A stretch of 64,000 bases of DNA from Gammaproteobacteria bacterium (GCA_965221955.1 CBDCTA010000022.1:32001-96000); one strand, 5' to 3'; numbered from the stretch's first letter, positions 27,948 through 38,869 are shown. A program made the numbers and translations. Notes: generated by a model from the sequence alone, not told the origin.

Positions 27948-28700
27948 TCAGCCTTGATCATATAGTTCACAAGGGCTGCGCAATTCCTCCGGTACATCTG
28001 GCGGGCAAATACCGCAAGCTTCATTTCCTGGTACGGCAAAATCTATTTTTCTAGGATAAGGCAAATCAAGGTTATTCATAATTTTAACGAACTCATCTTT
28101 TGGCATTTCATTGCCTAACCTAGGATTACGGGCTTTTTCCTGTGCAATGCTACTCACATGACGACCTTCATAGTCATGCCCCGGATAGACTAATGTCTCA
28201 CCTGCCAAACTAAATAATTTTTTATGAATACTGTCGAATAGCATTCCAGCATCACCGGATTGAAAATCGGTTCTTCCACATGCATCAATCAACAACGCAT
28301 CACCCGTAAACACCATTTGCTGTACATCATTCGCAATTAAATATGCATAGTGATGATCAGTATGCCCGGGAGTAAATAAAGGATGAATTTCTATAGAACC
28401 CACACGAAATATTTTTCCTTCCTCAATATACATATCAGCACAGGGCAACTCTGCTTGTTTAGGATAAACAATTTTACTTTCAGCAAGTTTCTTAAGTTTA
28501 GTAGCACTAGTGAGATGATCTGCGTGAATATGCGTATCAATCGTATACGTGAGTTTTAATCCCAGCTCTTGAATAGCCTCAAGATCTCGGTCAACGGTTT
28601 CCAGTACTGGGTCAATTAATGCCACTTCACCTTGCTTAGGACATGCAATTAAATACGTAAAAGTAGATGAGCTCGGTTCAAAAAGCTGGCGAAAAATCAT
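27948..28700 (-). CDS. Persulfide dioxygenase (ETHE1-like MBL-fold protein)
   Basis: MIFRQLF, THIHADH, TPGHT, GDALLI..CGRTDFQ and PGHDY motifs. Confidence 0.9.
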   Translation of the reverse strand: MIFRQLFEPSSSTFTYLIACPKQGEVALIDPVLETVDRDLEAIQELGLKLTYTIDTHIHADHLTSATKLKKLAESKIVYPKQAELPCADMYIEEGKIFRVGSIEIHPLFTPGHTDHHYAYLIANDVQQMVFTGDALLIDACGRTDFQSGDAGMLFDSIHKKLFSLAGETLVYPGHDYEGRHVSSIAQEKARNPRLGNEMPKDEFVKIMNNLDLPYPRKIDFAVPGNEACGICPPDVPEELRSPCELYDQG

Positions 28701-28731
28701 TAGTTCTATTTTTACCTTTTCTTATACAACA

Positions 28732-29019
28732 CTAATTATGTGCAATGGGTTTTTCCGTAAATAAGTAGTCTTTTAATTCTTTATCTAAACTAGGATCTTT
28801 TCGACGAATCCATTCTAATACCATAGCAGCATGTTCTTTTTCTTCATCTCGGTTATGCGCAAGAATGGCTTTTAATTCTGAATCTTTGCAAGCATCTACA
28901 CGCTGATTATACCAATCTACTGCTTCTAACTCCTCCATAAGAGAAGTAATGGCGCGGTGCATATCACGCGTTTCATCTGTTAATTCATCAATTGGTTCAT
29001 GATAACCTTCATTTGCCAT
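28732..29019 (-). CDS. Encapsulin-associated-type ferritin-like protein (EncFtn family)
   Basis: HRAITSLMEELEAVDWYNQR and HNRDEEKEHAAM motifs. Confidence 0.9.
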   Translation of the reverse strand: MANEGYHEPIDELTDETRDMHRAITSLMEELEAVDWYNQRVDACKDSELKAILAHNRDEEKEHAAMVLEWIRRKDPSLDKELKDYLFTEKPIAHN

Positions 29020-29096
29020 GCTTAACTCCTTATTATCTAATTACTATAGATATAGTTTACTAAACTGAATAATATTTTCTTGATAATAAGCCCTCC

Positions 29097-30473
29097 ATGC
29101 AGTACGAAGTTATAGATGCCCACGTATACCCTGATGGCCAACTAGATGTTCTATCTAGAATTGAAGTCAGCAGACTACTAGATACCAGTCAGGGAGGGTT
29201 ATTTACCCTGTTTCGAAATTCCTCATTGGCCGTGCTTAATTGTGGCAACCCACTCGATGATGGACGAGAACTTTTACAACGCTATGAATCTTTTGATATT
29301 TCACTCATTCAAGAAGAAAAAGGCATCAGTCTAAAATTAAAAAATGCGCCAGCTAGCGCCTTTGTAGATGGCTCTATTATTAAAGGAATAGGTGAACATT
29401 TATTCGCTGTTTTACGCGATGTGATTTATGCCAATGACGAAATCAATGCAAATCCAAAACTGGATTTAAACACCTCAGAAGGCATCACGGATGCAGTGTT
29501 TCATATCCTGCGCAATGCCGATGTACTACAACCCAATACTGAACCTAGAATGGTAGTTTGCTGGGGCGGGCACTCCATAGGTAGAAAAGAATACGACTAT
29601 TCTAAAGAAGTTGGCTACCAACTAGGTTTGCGTGGACTTAACATTTGTACCGGTTGCGGACCTGGTGCCATGAAAGGCCCCATGAAAGGCGCAACCATTG
29701 GGCATGCCAAACAACGTATCAAAGCTTCTCAGTATCTTGGATTGACTGAACCTGGAATTATTGCAGCGGAACCACCAAATCCTATTGTGAATGATTTAGT
29801 TATCATGCCAGATATTGAAAAGCGTCTTGAAGCTTTTATACGGCTTGGTCATGCAATGATTGTTTTTCCTGGTGGAGTTGGTACCGCTGAAGAAATTTTT
29901 TATACCTTGGGAGTATTATTACACCACAGCAATGAAAAGCTTCCTTTCCCACTGATATTTACGGGACCTGAAAGTTCAAAAGATTACTTTACTGAAATCG
30001 ATAACTTTATTTGCAATGCTCTAGGCCCTGCTGCACAAAATTTTTACAAAATTATCATTAATGATCCAAATGCAGTTGCAGTTGAAATACAAAACGGTAT
30101 TCGCTCAGTAAGTAAATACCGTGAAGATAAAAATGATGCCTATTACTTCAATTGGACATTAAATGTCGATCCAATATTTCAAACGCCTTTCAAACCTACA
30201 CACGAAAATATGTTGGGATTAAACTTTCATCCAGATCAAGAAAAGTATCAACTTGCGAGTAATATCCGTAGTGCATTATCAGGTATTGTTGCAGGTAATG
30301 TTAAAGAAGAAGGCATTAAGGAAGTTGAAAAGCAAGGGCCTCTAAAAATTCGAGGTCAACGCGATATCATGCAACCTCTCTCTCACTTACTACAGTCATT
30401 TGAAAAAATGCATCGCATGAAAATTTCTAGCAGTGATTATCTACCCTGCTATGAAATTGAATATTCAGATTAA
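29097..30473 (+). CDS. ppnN: Nucleotide 5'-monophosphate nucleosidase (LOG family, YgdH)
   Basis: VCWGGHSI, CTGCGPGAMKGPMKGA and PGGVGTAEE motifs. Confidence 0.93.
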   Translation: MQYEVIDAHVYPDGQLDVLSRIEVSRLLDTSQGGLFTLFRNSSLAVLNCGNPLDDGRELLQRYESFDISLIQEEKGISLKLKNAPASAFVDGSIIKGIGEHLFAVLRDVIYANDEINANPKLDLNTSEGITDAVFHILRNADVLQPNTEPRMVVCWGGHSIGRKEYDYSKEVGYQLGLRGLNICTGCGPGAMKGPMKGATIGHAKQRIKASQYLGLTEPGIIAAEPPNPIVNDLVIMPDIEKRLEAFIRLGHAMIVFPGGVGTAEEIFYTLGVLLHHSNEKLPFPLIFTGPESSKDYFTEIDNFICNALGPAAQNFYKIIINDPNAVAVEIQNGIRSVSKYREDKNDAYYFNWTLNVDPIFQTPFKPTHENMLGLNFHPDQEKYQLASNIRSALSGIVAGNVKEEGIKEVEKQGPLKIRGQRDIMQPLSHLLQSFEKMHRMKISSSDYLPCYEIEYSD

Positions 30474-30522
30474 TTAATAGTCGAGTAATTGAGATCTTAA
30501 ATCATTCACACAAGCTTCATCA

Positions 30523-30753
30523 CTATTTCCAAAAATCCCAAACCTCATAATAGGTGTGGTCATTTTTAAAAATTGTACGAATCCCTGCTTGCCGATTATG
30601 ATTTTTACAACGCTCTACAGCATGATTATATGCGGATGACCCATCAGAGTCTTTACGGGCACGAAAATGCGTGACCAAATGCCAACCCTTACGGTTTAAA
30701 ATATCTGTATCTTCACCATCTAATGTTTCAATTTCCATAGAATTCTCAGACAC
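30523..30753 (-). CDS. Hypothetical protein
   Basis: 76-aa ORF with GTG start; no family recognised. Confidence 0.5.
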   Translation of the reverse strand: MSENSMEIETLDGEDTDILNRKGWHLVTHFRARKDSDGSSAYNHAVERCKNHNRQAGIRTIFKNDHTYYEVWDFWK

Positions 30754-31005
30754 TTATATACCAACCTTTTTTGATTTTTTTATAGTAACTAGAATTAAAT
30801 TCATACAGACGTGTCGCCTTATGTAGACTTGCACTATACATAAGGCCGCAAAAAACCTTAGAGGTTTACCGATATTTTGCAATATTGGGGGCCTTAATGG
30901 TTGCGCTTGACAAATATATTAAACACCCATTATTTCGAACACGTATTCAACTATAAATTAAGCAAAAAATTTTCTATATAAATTTAATCTGTTGTTAATA
31001 ATAGT

Positions 31006-31602
31006 TTGATGAAATCAACACTCAAAAATAATTTATTACCGAAAGATGGCGAAGTTTTTTTATTTAAAAACGTTTATTCTGTTTCTGAAAGTGATCGCTT
31101 ACTAGGTTCTTTATATAAATCGGTTGAATGGAAACAAGAAAAAATCAAATTGTTTGGCAAGTGGCATAGACAACCGAGACTAAGCGCTTGGTATGGAGAA
31201 AGGGGAAAACAATATACGTATTCAGGAATTACACTTAAAGCAAAACCATGGAACACAACACTACTAAATATTAAAAGTAAAATTCAAACTAAGACAGATG
31301 CAGAATTTAATAGCGGCCTATTAAATTACTATCGAAACGGACAAGATAGTATGGGCTGGCATCGCGACAATGAAAAGGAACTCGGCCCAAAACCAGTGAT
31401 TGGCTCCATAAGCCTCGGTGCTACAAGAACTTTTTGCATGCAGCATATAAAAGATAAACAGCTAAAGATTAATGTAGAGTTATCTACTGGCAGCTATTTA
31501 ATAATGCAAGGTGACACCCAACATTTTTGGAGACATTGCGTACCCAAACAACATAAATGTTCTAAACCTCGATTGAACATTACTTTTCGAAATGTAATCT
31601 AA
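31006..31602 (+). CDS. AlkB-family 2OG-Fe(II) dioxygenase (ALKBH2/3-like)
   Basis: PRLSAWYG, YTYSG, GWHRDNE, HCVPK and RLNITFR motifs. Confidence 0.9.
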   Translation: MMKSTLKNNLLPKDGEVFLFKNVYSVSESDRLLGSLYKSVEWKQEKIKLFGKWHRQPRLSAWYGERGKQYTYSGITLKAKPWNTTLLNIKSKIQTKTDAEFNSGLLNYYRNGQDSMGWHRDNEKELGPKPVIGSISLGATRTFCMQHIKDKQLKINVELSTGSYLIMQGDTQHFWRHCVPKQHKCSKPRLNITFRNVI

Positions 31603-31604
31603 TC

Positions 31605-31630
31605 GATATTACACATCCTTGTGTAATATC
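31605..31630. repeat. Perfect hairpin with CA-TCCT-TG loop between convergent genes
   Basis: GATATTACACA-TCCT-TGTGTAATATC. Confidence 0.7.
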
Positions 31631-31641
31631 TAAATAATCAC

Positions 31642-32190
31642 TTAGATTTTTCCGTCTAATCCCATCTGATAATACTTATGTGTAATCTCTTCTTGGTTTT
31701 CTAGTAACCAATCTATATTAGGTTCGTTATTCATCGCTTTATGAACCGCGCTGGCCATTGCCTTACGGTGAATATCAAACAGAACTTTATGATCTAAATC
31801 ATCTGCTTTAGAAACCATAGGATTTAACCAAACTGAAACGATAATACCAATATCATTAACCTTATCTTTTGGAATATCACCCGCACGCACAGCGTCTAAT
31901 ACACCATTAGCGATCGCACCTTGTACCGTACCCATTAAAATATTGGTATAGCGTTCATCTTTAACCGTTACTTTGCTAACCATTAACGTAGCAGGACGCA
32001 CTTGAATATCTGTATTCATAATGGCAAGAACACGTGAATGACCTTTTACTTGATCACCCAGCAAAGTTGCAAACGCAGTGCCAACTGGACCATCCAGCTC
32101 ACCGATCACCACTTCTGGTTCTGCTGCCGTTCCTGGAGGTCCACCTGCAACGAGTGATTCGCCTACCCTCATAACTATTCTCTCTGACAT
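31642..32190 (-). CDS. fae: Formaldehyde-activating enzyme family protein (divergent Fae)
   Basis: VGESLV, GPVGTAFA, KVTVK, QGAIANGVLDAV..G.IPK and EPNIDWLL patterns. Confidence 0.85.
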   Translation of the reverse strand: MSERIVMRVGESLVAGGPPGTAAEPEVVIGELDGPVGTAFATLLGDQVKGHSRVLAIMNTDIQVRPATLMVSKVTVKDERYTNILMGTVQGAIANGVLDAVRAGDIPKDKVNDIGIIVSVWLNPMVSKADDLDHKVLFDIHRKAMASAVHKAMNNEPNIDWLLENQEEITHKYYQMGLDGKI

Positions 32191-32461
32191 GAATTTAACT
32201 CCTTAATTAAATCTTATGGATGCTGTTTTCTTATAGGTATAAAGGCGCGAGATTATACAGTAAAGAATTTAGAAAAATTTAAAAATTACCTATGGGTAAA
32301 TAACTTTCCTTGAAGTATATTCATCGCCAAAAAATAGCCGTTTATTTCTAAAACCACTCAGTAAATGATTACTCAAAAAACAATTTTTCCATAGCTATAG
32401 GGAAATTAATATTTATACAACTCTGCCGATAAGTTATTAATTCAGTCTATCAATTAACAAC

Positions 32462-33937
32462 ATGTCAATGAATATGAATAAAGCAATTACAGTTGCACTT
32501 AGCTTTCTATTTATTCTAATCCCAGTAAGCGCATATGCAGCGGATGATTCACACAGCATTCAAAACTTTACCTCTCATTGGGCTGCAATTTTAGCCTTGG
32601 TCATTTTTGGAGCTTCTTATTCACTGGTGATTTTAGAAGAACAGCTACACTTAAGGAAATCTAAACCCGTTTTAGTGTCTGCAGGAGTCATATGGCTGAT
32701 CGTAGCCTTAGTTTATATAGCACATGACGACAAACACACCGCTGAAATACTCGTTCGACATAATATTTTAGAGTTTGCCGAGCTTTTCCTATTTTTATTA
32801 GCGGCCATGACTTTCATCAATACCATGTATGAACGTGGCATATTTGACTGGTTACGTGCTTGGATGTTGAAAAAAGGATTCAGCTTACGGGGAGTATTTT
32901 GGGCAACAGGTATTGTTTCTTTTTTCCTTTCACCTATCGCAGATAATCTCACCACAGCTTTACTTATGGCAACCGTGGCCATGGCTGTTGGAGGCACTAA
33001 CATCAAATTCATTAGTATTGCTTGCGTAAACATAGTTGTAGCTGCAAATGCTGGGGGTGCATTCAGCCCGTTTGGAGATATCACTACATTAATGGTTTGG
33101 CAAAAAGGGATTGTTGAGTTTCAAGAGTTCTTTGTTTTATTCATCCCATCAGTGGTGAATTGGATAATCCCTGCAGTAATTTTAAGTTTTTTCATATCAA
33201 ACTTAAAACCAGAAGGTGTTCATAAAAAAGTTGTAGTTCGGCAAGGTGCATGGATTGTAGTGATATTATTCTTACTAACAATTGTCATGGCCGTTAGCGC
33301 CCACAATTTCTTACATCTTCCTCCTGTTCTCGGCATGATGACAGGTTTAGGAATACTCAAGTTTTTCGGATACTACTTAAAAATGACAGACAAAGATTCA
33401 TTTGAAGGTGAAGGTATTGATGAGCTTGAAGACGAGGCATTAGATATCGAAGATGATGCAACGCCAGAAAATCATGGGCATAAAAGAAATAATGAAAAAT
33501 TTGATATTTTCAAATCGATTGAACGCGCCGAATGGGACACCCTCATGTTTTTCTACGGCGTGATTCTAAGTGTGGGAGGGCTAGGAGCATTAGGTTATAT
33601 GGCGCTTGGGTCTGAACTAATGTATGACGGTTTGGGCGCTACAAATGCAAATATCCTGGTTGGCTTTCTCTCGGCATTATTCGACAACATTCCAGTGATG
33701 TTCGCTGTGCTCGCCATGGAACCTGCGATGAGTCATGGGCAATGGTTGCTGGTGACTCTTACAGCAGGAGTAGGTGGATCTATGCTATCTATAGGATCTG
33801 CAGCAGGAGTGGCAGTAATGGGTCAAGCGCGTGGCATTTATACTTTCTTCTCACATTTGAAATGGTCTTGGGCCATTGCACTTGGCTATGCGGCAAGTAT
33901 ATGGGTTCATTTCTTAGTAAATAAAAGTTTGTTTTAA
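32462..33937 (+). CDS. nhaD: Na+/H+ antiporter NhaD
   Basis: LRKSKP, SPIADNLTTAL, ANAGGAFSPFGDITT and GGSMLSIGSAAG motifs. Confidence 0.92.
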   Translation: MSMNMNKAITVALSFLFILIPVSAYAADDSHSIQNFTSHWAAILALVIFGASYSLVILEEQLHLRKSKPVLVSAGVIWLIVALVYIAHDDKHTAEILVRHNILEFAELFLFLLAAMTFINTMYERGIFDWLRAWMLKKGFSLRGVFWATGIVSFFLSPIADNLTTALLMATVAMAVGGTNIKFISIACVNIVVAANAGGAFSPFGDITTLMVWQKGIVEFQEFFVLFIPSVVNWIIPAVILSFFISNLKPEGVHKKVVVRQGAWIVVILFLLTIVMAVSAHNFLHLPPVLGMMTGLGILKFFGYYLKMTDKDSFEGEGIDELEDEALDIEDDATPENHGHKRNNEKFDIFKSIERAEWDTLMFFYGVILSVGGLGALGYMALGSELMYDGLGATNANILVGFLSALFDNIPVMFAVLAMEPAMSHGQWLLVTLTAGVGGSMLSIGSAAGVAVMGQARGIYTFFSHLKWSWAIALGYAASIWVHFLVNKSLF

Positions 33938-34101
33938 GTAACAAGGGATTGTTAGAAATGGTAAATATCGTAGAGAAGCCTATTAAAAGCGAAAGCTAGA
34001 TAGTTATTACACTCGCCCATCTATTAATAGTCAAAATTTAGTAGACTAAGATTATTGATTGCTTTGCTTCCAGGCTTAACTGTAGACTAATTCAGATCTA
34101 G

Positions 34102-35922
34102 CTATGCAGCTGTTTTACGACTCGCACGTTTTCTTTCATGCTCTTTTAAAAATTTCTTACGTAAGCGAATATGGTTTGGAGTTACTTCCACCAATTCATC
34201 TTCATCAATAAATTCAAGTGCTTGTTCTAAACTGTGTTCTATAGGCGGTGTTAAATTAATATTCTCATCACTTCCTGCTGCTCGAATATTGGTAAGTTGT
34301 TTAGCTTTTGTAGGATTGACGACTAGGTCATTGTCTCGACTGTGTAATCCCACAATCATACCTTCATAAACTTCAGTAGCAGGGTGTATAAATAAACGCC
34401 CCCTTTCTTGCAAGGCAAATAAGGCATATCCCAATGATTTACCTGACACCATAGAAACTAAAACACCATTCACTCTATCTGCTACCGGACCAGCCTTCAC
34501 GGCACCATAATGATCGAATACATGCGTCATAATTCCAGAACCGGAAGTAATCGTCATAAATAATGAACGGAAACCAATTAATCCACGTGCAGGCACAATA
34601 AACTCCAAACGCACTCGACCCTTACCATCTGGTTGCATATTTTTTATTTCTGCACGCCTCTCACCTAACTCTTCTAGCATCGAACCTTGGTGTTCCACAT
34701 CACAATCAATCACTAGCTGTTCATAAGGTTCGTGTAGTTCACCATTCACTTCTTTTTGAATTACCTCAGGGCGAGAAACTCCTAATTCGTATCCTTCTCT
34801 ACGCATGCTTTCAATTAATACACTTAAATGCAGTTCACCACGCCCAGAAACAATGAACTTATCTGCTGTTTCACCTTGCTCCACACGCAGCGCAACGTTA
34901 TGGATGAGTTCTTTATCTAAACGCTCTTTGATTGTGCGGCTTGTAATATATTTACCATCTTGCCCTGCAAATGGAGAATCATTAACTTGAAACGTCATGC
35001 TTACCGTGGGTTCATCTACAGAAAGTGCAGGCAGTGCTTCAACGCAATCGGTTGCACACAAAGTATCGGAAATATTTAACCCATCAATTCCTGTGATACA
35101 AACAATATCACCCGCTTCAGCTACTTCAGTTTCTACACGTTCTAATCCATGGTGCGTCATCACCGATAACACTTTACCGTTTCGAGTATTGCCTTCACGA
35201 TCCACAATCATAACTTGCGTGTTACGACCAAGCACTCCACGTGTAATACGCCCAACACCAATCACACCAACGTAACTGCTGTAATCCAATGCGCTGATTT
35301 GCATTTGCAGTGGACCTTCAGCATTTACTTTTGGCGCATGGACTTGTTCAAGAATTAAATCCAGCAATGGCGTCATGTCCTTTTGCAAATTATGCGCATC
35401 CGTACCGGCAATGCCCTCAAGCGCTGATGCATAGATGACTGGAAAATCAAGTTGCTCATCCGTTGCGCCTAAACGATCAAATAAATCAAACACTTGATCG
35501 ACCACCCAGTCAGGACGTGATCCATCACGGTCTACTTTATTCACCACAACAATGGGATGTAAGCCTTGCTCAAAGGCCTTTTGAGTAACGAATCGAGTTT
35601 GCGGCATAGGCCCATCAACCGCATCCACTAATAACAAAACACTATCCACCATCGACAACACACGTTCTACTTCACCACCAAAATCAGCATGCCCCGGTGT
35701 ATCTACAATGTTAATACGATGGCCTTTCCAGTGTAGTGCAGTGTTTTTTGCCAAGATGGTAATGCCTCGCTCACGTTCTTGATCATTGGAATCCATAATT
35801 CGCTCTGTTCCAACCGTTTTGCGATCCAAGGTTCCAGACTGCTCTAGCAATTTATCTACTAGAGTCGTTTTTCCATGATCAACGTGCGCAATGATTGCAA
35901 TATTTCGAAGAGATTCAGACAA
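34102..35922 (-). CDS. typA: Translational GTPase TypA/BipA
   Basis: [32 protein letters not shown] and GRGELHL motifs; probable TTG start at 35922. Confidence 0.97.
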   Translation of the reverse strand: MSESLRNIAIIAHVDHGKTTLVDKLLEQSGTLDRKTVGTERIMDSNDQERERGITILAKNTALHWKGHRINIVDTPGHADFGGEVERVLSMVDSVLLLVDAVDGPMPQTRFVTQKAFEQGLHPIVVVNKVDRDGSRPDWVVDQVFDLFDRLGATDEQLDFPVIYASALEGIAGTDAHNLQKDMTPLLDLILEQVHAPKVNAEGPLQMQISALDYSSYVGVIGVGRITRGVLGRNTQVMIVDREGNTRNGKVLSVMTHHGLERVETEVAEAGDIVCITGIDGLNISDTLCATDCVEALPALSVDEPTVSMTFQVNDSPFAGQDGKYITSRTIKERLDKELIHNVALRVEQGETADKFIVSGRGELHLSVLIESMRREGYELGVSRPEVIQKEVNGELHEPYEQLVIDCDVEHQGSMLEELGERRAEIKNMQPDGKGRVRLEFIVPARGLIGFRSLFMTITSGSGIMTHVFDHYGAVKAGPVADRVNGVLVSMVSGKSLGYALFALQERGRLFIHPATEVYEGMIVGLHSRDNDLVVNPTKAKQLTNIRAAGSDENINLTPPIEHSLEQALEFIDEDELVEVTPNHIRLRKKFLKEHERKRASRKTAA

Positions 35923-36089
35923 GATTGATGACTTCCAGAAAAAGACCTGCATCGAACAGGTCGTCTGCGAGGTGTGAAAAATGTTGTATTTGGCTAAGGC
36001 GCGCGATTATACCTTATGATAATCGAAAAAAAAACGCACTCAATAATGAATAGAAATGATGACTTTGAGGTACCGACACCCTAAAGCTT

Positions 36090-37490
36090 TTACACATGCA
36101 CCTTTATCCATTTATTTTGACGAAAAATAAGCAATGCAATAACGGCCATTAAGCTTTCTGCAAAAAAGATAGCCCAGAATACACCGTCTGGATGCTCAAG
36201 AAATTCCAACGAAAACCAATATGCAAATGGAATTTGAATCAACCAAAAACATATTATATTTATCCACGTTGGCGTATACGTGTCACCCGCACCATTAAAG
36301 GCTTGAATCATGGCTAATCCCAATCCATACAAGCCAAACCCATAACTTAAAATTCGTAAACATTTAGCCCCAATATCAACGACTTCTTTTTCATGAGTAA
36401 ATAACCCAATGATCAACTCTGGAAATACTATGAAAATAAAAGATATCAAAATCATTAAAGCGACATTGTATTTTGTAACTTGATAAACCGCTTGCTTTGC
36501 TCGTCCAATATTTTTTGCGCCCAAATTTTGACCCACTAATGTTGATACCGAATTACTCAAGCCCCATACGGGCATAATAATAAAATCAATCACGCGTATC
36601 GCTATGGTGTACCCCGCAAGAGCCGTACTGCCAAACTCTGCAATAATTTTCATTAAAAATATCCAACTTGATGTGGCAATGAAAAATTGCAAAATTCCAC
36701 CCAATGAGACTTTCACTAGTAGCGCTAACTCATCGAAAACGAGCGTTAGATCTTTAAACGCTAATTGAATTCTCGAAGAACCGTTATACAAACTATACGC
36801 AACATATACAATTCCGATACCCCGCCCAAATGTCGTGGCAATGGCGGCACCTTCCACACCCATTCTTGGAAATGGGCCTAATCCAAATATTAAGCACGGA
36901 TCTAAAAAAATATTGATAATGCTTGCAATCCAAATTGCTTTCATAGCAATAACTGGATTACCAGCACCTCTACATATTCCATTTAAAATAAAAAATAAAA
37001 GAATGGTTGCAGACCCGCCAAGCATAATAGCGGTATAACCATAATGTTCATTGATGATTGTTTTAGAAGCGCCCACGAATGACAAAATATCTTGTGCGAA
37101 AACGACGCCACAAATGCCAATCACAATAGAAAGCACAATACCTAGCAATATGGATTGTCCGGCTAATACTTTTGCGCGTTGTATTTCCTTTTCACCAATT
37201 CTTCTTGCAACTAATGCCGTTACAGAAATACTCAATCCAATCCCAATGGCATATAACAACGTAATCACTGCTTCAGTTATTCCAACCGTAGCAACCGCTT
37301 CAGTGCCCAGTTTTGCAACAAAGAAAATATCTGTAATCGCAAATAGCGCTTCTATAGAGGTTTCCAGCATCATCGGAATCGCAAGCAGCACTACCGCTTT
37401 ATTCAAAGGAATACGCGTATAATCGTAATCATCCCCTTGCAATGATGACTTAATAAGCCCCCACCAATTCATTTGATCAAGCGTGTTCAT
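36090..37490 (-). CDS. MATE family efflux transporter
   Basis: LAIPMMLE, NIFLDP.LIFG, GAAIAT and VGQNLGA motifs. Confidence 0.93.
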   Translation of the reverse strand: MNTLDQMNWWGLIKSSLQGDDYDYTRIPLNKAVVLLAIPMMLETSIEALFAITDIFFVAKLGTEAVATVGITEAVITLLYAIGIGLSISVTALVARRIGEKEIQRAKVLAGQSILLGIVLSIVIGICGVVFAQDILSFVGASKTIINEHYGYTAIMLGGSATILLFFILNGICRGAGNPVIAMKAIWIASIINIFLDPCLIFGLGPFPRMGVEGAAIATTFGRGIGIVYVAYSLYNGSSRIQLAFKDLTLVFDELALLVKVSLGGILQFFIATSSWIFLMKIIAEFGSTALAGYTIAIRVIDFIIMPVWGLSNSVSTLVGQNLGAKNIGRAKQAVYQVTKYNVALMILISFIFIVFPELIIGLFTHEKEVVDIGAKCLRILSYGFGLYGLGLAMIQAFNGAGDTYTPTWINIICFWLIQIPFAYWFSLEFLEHPDGVFWAIFFAESLMAVIALLIFRQNKWIKVHV

Positions 37491-38413
37491 GATACTTTAC
37501 AACTTTTACTTTTAAATTCATTACGCGCATATAAACTGGAATACGACTTCTTACTAGGTAGCTCAAAAAGGGCTAAACCAAACAAAATTAATCCACCACC
37601 TATTAAAATTGACATCGATAGCGGTTCATTATTTAAATAGGCACCTAATAATAAAGCGCACACTGGGGTGATTAACGCGATGAGCGAAACTTTCACGGCA
37701 TTTAATCTATTCAAAATGTAGTAATACATTGAAAATCCTACCGCCGTTGCAATGGCACCTAAATACAAAATGGAGAGCGTTGATTGAACGCTAAAACCAC
37801 CAACGCTCTCACCCGAAAATAAAAAAGTCACAACGATTAAAGGCACGGCCACAAGCAAGCCTCCCAAGGTAGCCTGTGTGCCTGTAATAGATGCATTAAT
37901 TTTCTTCAGCAATACAGCACTAGTGGCATGGGCAATTGTGCTCATTAACATCGCAAACACACCTAGTAACGAATGAACACCCATTGCGGCACTGGTATGA
38001 AAAACTACAAATAGTCCTATCGTTCCAACAACCATTCCAAATGTTTTGTTTTTGGTGAAATGGTTTTCATTTAAGAAATAAATTGAAGCCACCCCAGCGA
38101 AAATTGGAGAAAAACCAAATATCACAGATATCCAGCCCGAAGGAATGTATTGAGCACTCCAATAAACAAGCGACATCGAAAAATAGATTCCTAAACCAGC
38201 CGTTAAATAGGCAACACACGCATCCATATTGAGATTTAGCTTTTGCTTTGTAACGGCAAATAATACGCACAACACAAGCAAACCGAGGCTCATACGAGAC
38301 ATCAGCCCAAATAGCATTCCTGATTGGATGCTCCATTGGATTGCGAGCGGTGTTGTACTCCAAATCACAATGACTGAAAGATAAGATGTTTTAACCATAC
38401 GTTTACTTTTCAC
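37487..38413 (-). CDS. DMT/EamA family transporter (start may be ATG 38398)
   Basis: IWSTTPLAIQWS N-terminus, about ten TM helices, two-repeat layout. Confidence 0.9.
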   Translation of the reverse strand: MKSKRMVKTSYLSVIVIWSTTPLAIQWSIQSGMLFGLMSRMSLGLLVLCVLFAVTKQKLNLNMDACVAYLTAGLGIYFSMSLVYWSAQYIPSGWISVIFGFSPIFAGVASIYFLNENHFTKNKTFGMVVGTIGLFVVFHTSAAMGVHSLLGVFAMLMSTIAHATSAVLLKKINASITGTQATLGGLLVAVPLIVVTFLFSGESVGGFSVQSTLSILYLGAIATAVGFSMYYYILNRLNAVKVSLIALITPVCALLLGAYLNNEPLSMSILIGGGLILFGLALFELPSKKSYSSLYARNEFKSKSCKVS

Positions 38414-38418
38414 AAGAC

Positions 38419-38452
38419 AAAAAAAAGGCCGCTAGTATTACCTGCGGCCTTT
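38419..38452 (-). terminator. Leader (attenuator-type) terminator just upstream of the DMT gene
   Basis: Minus strand: AAAGGCCGC-AGGTAATACTA-GCGGCC-TTTTTTTT. Confidence 0.8.
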
Positions 38453-38475
38453 CGAAACTAATTCTTTGATTTAGC

Positions 38476-38559
38476 TCAACATAAACACACAGGCAAGGAA
38501 ATATCTGGGCGAACTACCAGATTCCAAGTCACTTTTAGTTTTGTAGTTGAAATAATCAT
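38476..38559 (-). CDS. Putative 27-aa leader peptide MIISTTKLKVTWNLVVRPDISLPVCLC
   Basis: ATG lies 7 nt after the -10 box; TGA lies 23 nt before the terminator stem. Confidence 0.5.
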   Translation of the reverse strand: MIISTTKLKVTWNLVVRPDISLPVCLC

Positions 38560-38566
38560 GGCGCGA

Positions 38567-38594
38567 ATTCTACATTTACATAATGCTAAGTCAA
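38567..38594 (-). promoter_or_regulatory. Sigma70-like promoter
   Basis: TTGACT-N16-TAGAAT. Confidence 0.65.
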
Positions 38595-38869
38595 TACGGG
38601 TTTCAAAGAATTTAAGTAGATTTAGACGAGTGGTTAATCATTTGTGACAATGGATATGTGCAATCAAGTTAATAGGTCACGACACGAGAATTTTCAGAGT
38701 CATTGGTGAATATCTTCACCTTATAAAACCAGTTACTTACGATGCTTCCTACACTTAAGTGTGACACTAATGCCAAATCGTTAATTTATTTAGCAAGACT
38801 TCAGCTTTAAAATTACTAAAAATCTTCCCCGCAATATCTTTTATATATAAGTAAGTGACTATTTATATT

